Source: a virus
IMG/VR virus record: IMGVR_UViG_3300042922_000233
Coordinates: 1-39,538 of that record
Length of the DNA: 39,538 nt
Reading direction: 5' to 3' (one strand)
The position numbers and the translations under genes were made by a program. The notes beneath the pieces are model-generated. The model searched no databases and had not been told where the DNA came from. It worked only from the letters and a program-made list of their open reading frames with translations. Below, one piece after another: positions 33,621 to 39,538 of the stretch; position 1 is the stretch's first letter; each line of letters starts with the position of its first letter.

Positions 33621-33673
33621 AAGGCACCGTTACGAGATCAATGCCTCCGGTGCCTTGCCTCCGCTCTTGGAGG
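33621..33673 (-). terminator. Two adjacent hairpins in the late leader: CCTCC-6 nt-GGAGG and AAGGCACCG-18 nt-CGGTGCCTT followed by TTATTAT on the minus strand
   Basis: Perfect 9-bp stem at 33621-33629 and 33648-33656. 5-bp stem at 33658-33662 and 33669-33673. Confidence 0.5.
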
Positions 33674-33914
33674 TCTTGAAATGTATTTTATCGCCTATAG
33701 CTTATACTTTGCTGAGATGCTATGGTATTGGTATATAGCACCCCTTATTTAGAGATTACACGTATACCGCCCATTAGATACTTTCTATGTAAGGCGGCTA
33801 ATCAACTACCAGGCTGTTACACCTGGCAGTCAACGGAGGTCGAAAGAATGTTATAGCTGTTCTATTACATCTCTCTATTATATATAATATCACAGGTTAA
33901 CGTCCTTTTATCGG

Positions 33915-34325
33915 TCACATTTTCTTATTCCTCGCAAGTAAGAAAAAGAAATATCTTTTCTTATCTCTGAATGACCGTTCACTGCAAGGCATTCCCATTG
34001 TATTAATTAAATAATATATCGGCTTCTCATAGCACACGCTTTTAATTATGTATTGGTATAGGTCTGCATCTGCTTCTATTGCTGTTTCCTCAATGAGTTC
34101 ACATTTCTTTTGTAGTTCAATACGCCTTATCACCAAATCCTCTTGCTGGTTCCCAATTCTGCTAGGAGCCATTGGCATGTCTGTGATTACTTTGCTTTTC
34201 ATAATATCGGTTTTATATTGCAGCTCGTCGATCCACTCAGGATATTGCTCACAGAATCCACATAGCTCTTTATATCTTTTACGTGATATACCATAATCAT
34301 CAAGCTTTAGATTCCTTTTGTTCAA
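33915..34325 (-). CDS. Late-gene transcriptional regulator (RinA/ArpU-like position and architecture)
   Basis: 136 aa with a TTG start after GGAGGGG. It is the last gene before the packaging module. The C-terminal YYLINTMGMPCSERSFRDKKRYFFFLLA resembles a sigma-region-4-like HTH. Confidence 0.5.
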   Translation of the reverse strand: MNKRNLKLDDYGISRKRYKELCGFCEQYPEWIDELQYKTDIMKSKVITDMPMAPSRIGNQQEDLVIRRIELQKKCELIEETAIEADADLYQYIIKSVCYEKPIYYLINTMGMPCSERSFRDKKRYFFFLLARNKKM

Positions 34326-34484
34326 TCAATCCCCTCCTATCTCCCTCTCTGTTTTTTCGATTATCTCTTTTACAAACTCTTTGATATTTAAATTAGGCAT
34401 GATCATTTTCCCTTTCCTTAACCTTGTATTTTATCCATACAGCTATTTTAATTTGGTTTTGGTATTAATCCTTGGCTTGGCCTT

Positions 34485-34736
34485 TTATTCATCTATATCG
34501 TCCTCAATATAATCATCTGAGAAATAATCATTGAATGATTTCTTGGCTATACCTAAACTCTTACCTGTTAAGTAGTCTCCACTTGGTACTCGAACCATTG
34601 AACATTGCTTAACTTTATCACCAACTTTACACATCGTTTCAAGCATTCCTACCGTTATGGGATTTCCCATATCGAGCGATCCAAGTGTCGTTATGGTTCT
34701 TTGTTCTCCATCTACCTTTATTTTTACTTGGCTCAT
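34485..34736 (-). CDS. Hypothetical protein (83 aa)
   Basis: ORF in the operon orientation. Confidence 0.5.
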   Translation of the reverse strand: MSQVKIKVDGEQRTITTLGSLDMGNPITVGMLETMCKVGDKVKQCSMVRVPSGDYLTGKSLGIAKKSFNDYFSDDYIEDDIDE

Positions 34737-35122
34737 TCAGATACTCCGCTTTTTAGTGCTTTTTTGGCTGCCTCGTAGTTACCGTAAAACGTGGTTACTT
34801 TTCTTTTGGAAATTACATGACCGATATTCTCGATTCTCACAACGTATACAGATCCTTGATATATGTATGATACATGACCACTGTCTGTTTCTTTTGGCAG
34901 CTTAACCAATAACCCTTGTTCCTCTGCGATCTTAATCTCTCCCAGCTCAGCACAATATCTTTTAGCATCTAATTCCCATTGCTTAGCTTCTTCCTTGGAT
35001 TGGCTGAGTTCTTCCCTAAGTTCATTGATTATTTCATCTTTAGATTTATATTCATACTCGCATTCATCACGGGTGCAGACATATGCCGAACACCATCTTG
35101 ACTTATTTTCACACCATATCAT
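34733..35122 (-). CDS. Hypothetical protein (129 aa; N-terminal Cys cluster, coiled-coil)
   Basis: ORF with a 4-nt overlap with the next gene. Confidence 0.5.
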   Translation of the reverse strand: MIWCENKSRWCSAYVCTRDECEYEYKSKDEIINELREELSQSKEEAKQWELDAKRYCAELGEIKIAEEQGLLVKLPKETDSGHVSYIYQGSVYVVRIENIGHVISKRKVTTFYGNYEAAKKALKSGVSE

Positions 35123-35147
35123 AGGTTTTATCTCCCTTCTTGATAAA

Positions 35148-35351
35148 TCACGGCTTATAATCTACTATTCTTCCAACTCTGATATCAACCACCATATCAT
35201 CTGTTTGAAGAGAGACGAAACCATCCTCTAAATCAACTATTTCTCCTGATACTTCTTTTCCATCCTCTAGTATCAGTGTGACTCGATCAAACATATCGAA
35301 TCTGGTTTTTAAAAACCCAATATACAAAGATTTTTCTATTGTTGCGCTCAT
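35148..35351 (-). CDS. Hypothetical protein (67 aa)
   Basis: ORF with GGAAAGGAAAG upstream. Confidence 0.5.
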   Translation of the reverse strand: MSATIEKSLYIGFLKTRFDMFDRVTLILEDGKEVSGEIVDLEDGFVSLQTDDMVVDIRVGRIVDYKP

Positions 35352-35514
35352 ATCTTTCCTTTCCGCTGCAGGAGCATCTAATCACATAATGATTCTAATT
35401 GCTTTTCTAATTCCTCTATTTTGTGCTTACGCAATGCGATAAACAGGTTTAAATCCTCTTCTGTTAGTACAATAATGCGATCATTTTGAACAACAAAAAA
35501 CTACTAACCAAATA

Positions 35515-35721
35515 TCAGCTAGTAGTCTTATTTCTCCAGTTCTTAAATTCACCTGTCTTTATTCTATTATCTGTGTGAGGCTCATCGGGAGATATAAACC
35601 AGTCTCTTCCTTTTTTCTCTGCTGTCTTGTACGATCCCCTCTGTGCCCTTTGTCTTGCCGTAACAGGTGCTATGCCGTGCTTTTCTGCATATTCTTTTAA
35701 AGGTATTTTATCCATTACCAT
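35515..35721 (-). CDS. HTH DNA-binding protein (excisionase/MerR-like fold candidate)
   Basis: MVMDKIPLKEYAEKHGIAPVTARQRAQRGSYKTAEKKGRDWFISPDE. The start overlaps the stop of the upstream 57-aa ORF. Confidence 0.5.
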   Translation of the reverse strand: MVMDKIPLKEYAEKHGIAPVTARQRAQRGSYKTAEKKGRDWFISPDEPHTDNRIKTGEFKNWRNKTTS

Positions 35722-35888
35722 TCCATCTCCAGCGCTTCGTAATCCCAATCATCCCAACCATGTTCGGATGCAAATGTATCCATGTCAACATCTGCTATAT
35801 CAAGGGCATCATCAATGCTCATGCTGTGATTTGTAACTACTTCTGCTACTAAAGTTTTACTCCCATTATCATTATACCAGAGTTTCAT
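35715..35888 (-). CDS. Small acidic protein (57 aa); not in the ORF track
   Basis: GGTGAGGA lies 4 nt before the ATG at 35888. MKLWYNDNGSKTLVAEVVTNHSMSIDDALDIADVDMDTFASEHGWDDWDYEALEMEW. It is the first gene after a consensus promoter. Confidence 0.55.
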   Translation of the reverse strand: MKLWYNDNGSKTLVAEVVTNHSMSIDDALDIADVDMDTFASEHGWDDWDYEALEMEW

Positions 35889-35941
35889 AAAATCCTCACC
35901 TTCTGCTCTTTGAGCAATTAATTGTTTTATTTGATGATTTT

Positions 35942-35970
35942 ATTATACATCTTTCAAGATGTATTGTCAA
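35942..35970 (-). promoter_or_regulatory. Consensus sigma-70-type promoter TTGACA-17-TATAAT with a 16-nt palindrome (ACATCTT-GA-AAGATGT) spanning the spacer and first base of the -10
   Basis: The reverse complement of 35965-35970 is TTGACA and that of 35942-35947 is TATAAT. Confidence 0.7.
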
Positions 35971-36054
35971 TACTTATTTTGAGGATTTACAAAAATATTT
36001 TTACTAGCCAATATTCGGTTGTCAAGGTTCATTTTATTTAACTAAAATATCAGT

Positions 36055-37242
36055 TTAGTGAATTAACCACTCTTCATTTCTTACCTGGTATGCATCGCCC
36101 AAATGAATCATATCCGGATAATTGTGCTTTGCCGTCTGAATTGCGTATCTATCAATTTCGGTAGCATAATACCGGATTACATTGGCACCAAGTACATCTA
36201 ACGCTATATGTCCACAACTCATTCCGTCATACATGGATAGTACTTCGATTTCATCGGTTAGTATTCCGGGAATAAATGATAGTTGGTGCGCTATTACATC
36301 CACTGTCCAACCATTACCTAGCATCTTATAGGCTTGTGAATCAGATACAGGGAAGATATACCACTCTGGTACTGTTTGTAGTCTCATGCATTCAAGCACG
36401 GTAAGCTTACGAATTATGTAATAACCATCTTGGAGTTTTATAGGATACTGTTTATCCTTTATGGTTATGTGTCCTTCTTTTACTTCATAAATCGGTTTAT
36501 TAACTGTACCTAGATATTGATAAAAGTCAGGTGAGGTTGTAAGGCAATTGGATTTATCTTTCATATTTCTTCCGCGTCTTGTCTTACTGGTTGCCATTGC
36601 TAGATCTACGCAATCCATAGGTTCTATTTCTGTAAATCCTATTTTGGTTGCTTCTGGCACCTTCATGCATGGCACTGCCACTAAACTTCTGCGGTGTTTT
36701 TCCAGAGTTCCTTCCGGAAGAGACCCTTTCCAGTAGTTAGCATCCAGACAATGCGCCTTCCCTTCCGGATTAGTCCCAAATGGATATACAGGTTCAGCAG
36801 CCATATGCCGCGAATACGAGTGTTGACTTGTTGGGTCATAAGTGCCGGCAGTTCTATAGTAGTTTGCATCCAGTGTATAACTCTTTTCTCTCCACGCCAT
36901 TCCTGTTTCCAGAATATCTATTAACAATATCCCTTTATCCTCTGGCTGTGTTATTCCTGGTATATTTGACCAATAAAGTCTATTCCTGTTTTGTGCTGCT
37001 ACTAAAGAAGAATTAATAAGTATCGGTTCTACGCCTAACTCTTTTGTAATCTGCTCCCTTATTGCCGGAGCCATCGATTTGTTATTCTCATAAAGGAAAT
37101 AATCTGGCTTATATTTTCTTAGGCCTATAACATAATTTTCAAATAATTCCCATCCTAACCCGGACGGCTCTGTTTCTCTGTTCTTGGTCTGTGCGATAGA
37201 CCAGCGTGTGCATGGGCTTCCGCCGATATATAATTTAATCAT
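36055..37242 (-). CDS. DNA (cytosine-5) methyltransferase with circularly permuted motif order
   Basis: GGSPC (IV), ENN (VI), QNRNRLYW (VIII), RKLTVLECMRLQTVPEWY (IX) and GNGWTVDV (X), followed by VLSMYDGMSCG (I), YYATEID (II) and LGDA (III) at the C-terminus. Confidence 0.8.
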   Translation of the reverse strand: MIKLYIGGSPCTRWSIAQTKNRETEPSGLGWELFENYVIGLRKYKPDYFLYENNKSMAPAIREQITKELGVEPILINSSLVAAQNRNRLYWSNIPGITQPEDKGILLIDILETGMAWREKSYTLDANYYRTAGTYDPTSQHSYSRHMAAEPVYPFGTNPEGKAHCLDANYWKGSLPEGTLEKHRRSLVAVPCMKVPEATKIGFTEIEPMDCVDLAMATSKTRRGRNMKDKSNCLTTSPDFYQYLGTVNKPIYEVKEGHITIKDKQYPIKLQDGYYIIRKLTVLECMRLQTVPEWYIFPVSDSQAYKMLGNGWTVDVIAHQLSFIPGILTDEIEVLSMYDGMSCGHIALDVLGANVIRYYATEIDRYAIQTAKHNYPDMIHLGDAYQVRNEEWLIH

Positions 37243-37325
37243 TTTATTACAGGAGTAAACGCGCGTTTATTGTCCGGACAAACTCGTTACCCCTTTCTGT
37301 TTAATTAACAAAATCCTTAGTTTTG

Positions 37326-37532
37326 TTACACTAGCTTTAATTCAGTCTGGCATTGATCTACCTGGAAATATTCACAAATGCATGTATCTTTTTTTGTGTC
37401 TTCGTCATGCCATTCCCATTTTAGCGGATGAATACCGTTGACCATTGGTTTGCACCAGCTACAATGTTGACCATTGTAAAAACCTATATATTTGTTCGTA
37501 CACTTGCGACAGTCCATCTTGTATATAGCCAT
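37326..37532 (-). CDS. Small Cys-rich (zinc-ribbon-like) protein (68 aa)
   Basis: Contains CRKC...CSWC...CIC...C. Confidence 0.5.
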   Translation of the reverse strand: MAIYKMDCRKCTNKYIGFYNGQHCSWCKPMVNGIHPLKWEWHDEDTKKDTCICEYFQVDQCQTELKLV

Positions 37533-37551
37533 ACCTGCCCTCCGCTAAAGC

Positions 37552-37695
37552 TTACTTGCCTATAGGTTCATATGTATCACTTGTTACTGGCTGTAACTCG
37601 AAGCATTCACAGATATCCTTTTTAACTATATCTTTTACAAGTTCATATGCTTCATCTTCTGTATCTGCATTAATAATTAACGTTATTTGTACCAA
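37552..37695 (-). CDS. Small hypothetical protein (47 aa, TTG start); not in the ORF track
   Basis: AAGGGAAGGGGG precedes the TTG at 37695. MVQITLIINADTEDEAYELVKDIVKKDICECFELQPVTSDTYEPIGK. Confidence 0.35.
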   Translation of the reverse strand: MVQITLIINADTEDEAYELVKDIVKKDICECFELQPVTSDTYEPIGK

Positions 37696-37792
37696 TGTTA
37701 CATCCCCCTTCCCTTTCATTAACTAAATCCGGATTTATTGCAGGCCTGCAAACCTCTTACTCCCTTCTTAAATTAATTTTGTGCGGTTAGCA

Positions 37793-38113
37793 TTACACCG
37801 CCTGCCTTTCTCTCGGCTTAACATACTTATGTGGCTTACCTTTTATCATTACGGTTACAATCCGTCCGCCTCTGTCTAATTCTCTGGCAGCTCTAAGCAT
37901 TTCATTCCACTTGTCAACGAGTTCGTCTCTAATCTCCCCATCAACCACGATTTTGTACAATCCCTTTGCTTTCGTTTTATTTCTTGCGTATTTATTCACA
38001 AATCCGGCTGGGATGCCTATAATCGAAGATACTTGCATACATGTTAAATTAGTACCTACAATTGTTTCTCTCCCATTGTTTGGATGTACTTTTATTACGG
38101 TATATGTATTCAT
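37793..38113 (-). CDS. Hypothetical protein (106 aa; possible HTH SIIGIPAGFVNKYARN)
   Basis: ORF overlapping the upstream stop by 4 nt. Confidence 0.5.
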   Translation of the reverse strand: MNTYTVIKVHPNNGRETIVGTNLTCMQVSSIIGIPAGFVNKYARNKTKAKGLYKIVVDGEIRDELVDKWNEMLRAARELDRGGRIVTVMIKGKPHKYVKPRERQAV

Positions 38114-38307
38114 TCATCTTCCTCCGACAGCTCTTTGATGTTCTGGTTAATAGTTACCTCTATGCCCTGGACAAAACTCTTACCGATCTTTACTTTTGCC
38201 CTCTCAACACCATGTCCGTTCTTGACTAACTTCCCGGATATACTCTCTATATCCTCTAATCCTCCAACCGGGAGAGGTATAAATACTTTATCATTCTTTA
38301 TTATCAT
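38110..38307 (-). CDS. Hypothetical protein (65 aa)
   Basis: ORF in the operon. Confidence 0.45.
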   Translation of the reverse strand: MIIKNDKVFIPLPVGGLEDIESISGKLVKNGHGVERAKVKIGKSFVQGIEVTINQNIKELSEEDE

Positions 38308-38749
38308 GATTACCTCCTTGGAATGGATTAATATTGATTGGCAATATAATACCTAGCGGTTTGCCTCTGTAATCAGATATATATACCGTTGATTTTTCAT
38401 TGGTGATTCTGATGTTTACATTGTCACCAAATTGTTTTAACCACCCCTGGTTTATCCATGCAAAAATTCCGTTGTCAGCTTCTACTTTGACTGCAATTTT
38501 ATTACTACTGTATCGATAGAGGTGATTTGTAGCTTTAGCAGGCATGGTGATATTAAATAATTTTTCTGGATCCAGAGTATCACTTACAAATTCTCGTAAC
38601 TTGCTGATATCTATTTTTATTTCCTTGTTATTTACATAGCAGCCGTAATGACCTTCTGTGAGAAATATGTAATCCTTTAATTTACATACATTATTTATCT
38701 CTTCGGTGATTGCCATTATCTGCATTCTTTGTTCAAGCGTATATTTCAA
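38291..38749 (-). CDS. Hypothetical protein (152 aa)
   Basis: ORF directly downstream of the replisome organizer. Confidence 0.55.
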   Translation of the reverse strand: MKYTLEQRMQIMAITEEINNVCKLKDYIFLTEGHYGCYVNNKEIKIDISKLREFVSDTLDPEKLFNITMPAKATNHLYRYSSNKIAVKVEADNGIFAWINQGWLKQFGDNVNIRITNEKSTVYISDYRGKPLGIILPININPFQGGNHDNKE

Positions 38750-38761
38750 TTTGATTACCTC

Positions 38762-39538
38762 CTAATCATCCATACTTACTCCAATTTCAAATTCTTCTTT
38801 GATTGGTTTATTGATTAATCCTTTTTCAAGCTTTGCATAATCCTCAGCGGTATATGTTCGCTGTGGGAAATCATGCTGCTTATTAATAGGTTTCGGTTGC
38901 CGTTGTGGCTTATTCTCTTGCTTGAGGGGAAATAAACCTTTCCAACCGCTTACTATAGATTGATTAATGATAGCTATTTGGGTCGATATATCCGGGGATA
39001 ACTTAGGCAGCTGCTTAATCATTAAGTCAATCGCCTTATCCGTCATAGGTGATTTCATAGCTTTGCTTTTTCTGAATTCTATGAAATCTAAAATAGCTTG
39101 ATTTAATAACGGATCGTCAACGTAGCTTTTTATATTATCGTTAGATAATATATTGTTATCATTATTCTCATTATTGTTTGTGCTTTTTGGTGTTTCCTCA
39201 GTGTTTCCTTTGCGTTTCTTTGGTGTTTCTTTGGTGTTTCTCGAATTCTGGAAATCGCTATATTTTACAATGGTTATAGCCGTTTCCTTGGTGTTACTAT
39301 TTTTTTCTATCATGTGTTCCTTTTCGAGAACATTCAAAAAATCAAAAACTTTCTTCCGTGACCAGCCCCAACGATCAGCTAATTTCTTTATGCTTGTGAT
39401 GCGAGACCCCCTCTTTACAGTGGTGATCTGGTTGCCATGGAGAAACTCATTATCCTCATGATTGACTAATAGAATTAAATCAACCCATGCCTGTCCTTTG
39501 GTGAATGGCTTATCTTCCCATAACCAGTGATCTGTTAA
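38762..39538 (-). CDS. Replisome organizer / DnaD-like replication protein (body and C-terminus; open to the window edge, true start at 157 after wrap-around)
   Basis: The frame is open from 39538 (LTDHWLWEDKPFTKGQAWVDLILL...). A low-complexity N/K/T linker follows. The C-terminal LNQAILDFIEFRKS..KSPMTDKAIDLMIKQL...IINQSIVSGWKGLFP resembles the conserved phage replication C-terminus. Confidence 0.75.
   Translation of the reverse strand, partial: LTDHWLWEDKPFTKGQAWVDLILLVNHEDNEFLHGNQITTVKRGSRITSIKKLADRWGWSRKKVFDFLNVLEKEHMIEKNSNTKETAITIVKYSDFQNSRNTKETPKKRKGNTEETPKSTNNNENNDNNILSNDNIKSYVDDPLLNQAILDFIEFRKSKAMKSPMTDKAIDLMIKQLPKLSPDISTQIAIINQSIVSGWKGLFPLKQENKPQRQPKPINKQHDFPQRTYTAEDYAKLEKGLINKPIKEEFEIGVSMDD
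39412..39538. repeat. Terminal direct repeat copy 2 (identical to 1..127)
   Basis: Direct comparison. Confidence 0.95.

Larger units (their letters stand above)
1..39538. mobile_element. Complete temperate siphovirus-type phage genome (unique unit 39,411 bp; window is an opened circle with a 127-bp overlap)
   Basis: All canonical modules are present in order: integrase/CI/Cro/attP, recombination-replication, methylase, late regulator, terminase, portal, capsid, connectors, tail, tape measure, tip/fibre, holin-endolysin. The two window ends are identical. Confidence 0.9.

Noticed and set aside
34326-34406. 26-codon ORF (MIMPNLNIKEFVKEIIEKTEREIGGD) just upstream of the late regulator
   Set aside because: It has an SD and abuts the regulator TTG start, so it might be a leader peptide. 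It is too short to support from sequence alone.
35352-35514. Protein-like minus-strand frame (VQNDRIIVLTEEDLNLFIALRKHKIEELEKQLESLCD) in the gap between two genes
   Set aside because: No ATG/GTG/TTG start and no SD follow the in-frame TAG TAG. It is in a different frame from the upstream gene, and there is too little evidence to call it. It could be another non-canonical start or a decayed gene.
1-39538. Alternative genetic code or stop-codon reassignment, as seen in some gut phages
   Set aside because: All expected long genes (tape measure, terminase, portal, tip protein) are intact under the standard bacterial code, with TAA/TAG/TGA all used as terminators.

Overview
The window is a complete temperate siphovirus-type phage genome from a low-GC Gram-positive (Bacillota/Clostridia-like) host. 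Positions 1-127 are identical to 39412-39538. The unique unit is therefore 39,411 bp, and the window is a circle opened inside the replisome-organizer gene.

Layout. Almost all genes are on the minus strand.
- Lysogeny module, plus strand, 7964-9694: CI-like repressor, a free-standing integrase-arm-domain paralogue, and a tyrosine integrase. attP follows at 9690-9966: a tRNA-Leu(CAG) 3' fragment flanked by five (A)TGTAGCCA repeats.
- Leftward early operon, from 7778 down through the window origin: Cro-like protein, Rha, NSGxx-repeat protein, RecT, PD-(D/E)XK exonuclease, HerA/FtsK-like ATPase, HNH-like protein, RecU-like resolvase, DnaD-like replisome organizer, small orphans, and a C5 DNA methyltransferase.
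- A second early/middle block starts at a consensus promoter at 35942-35970.
- RinA/ArpU-like late regulator (33915-34325), followed by a roughly 400-nt structured non-coding leader.
- Late genes: metallopeptidase-like protein, TerS, TerL, portal, gp7/Mu-F-like protein, scaffold, capsid, head-tail joining proteins, major tail protein, chaperones, tape measure, tail tip, and an SGNH tail fibre.
- Lysis: holin and an M15 endolysin (13102-14189).
- Accessory island (9995-13029) between attP and the lysis genes.

Observations most worth follow-up:
1. A C5-methyltransferase whose motifs run IV-X then I-III, which looks like a circular permutation.
2. An autonomous promoter-gene-terminator cassette encoding a membrane-anchored SGNH hydrolase, next to an SGNH-bearing tail fibre.
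3. An accessory island of self-contained cassettes with three extra small DNA-binding regulators and six orphan small proteins. It includes an HTH gene with no canonical start codon and an RHH gene with three 15-bp operator repeats.
4. A stand-alone copy of the integrase arm-binding domain.
5. A structured late leader carrying an antisense mini-ORF whose Shine-Dalgarno sequence (SD) is sequestered in a hairpin.

All functional calls come from motif recognition and synteny by eye. No database search was run.
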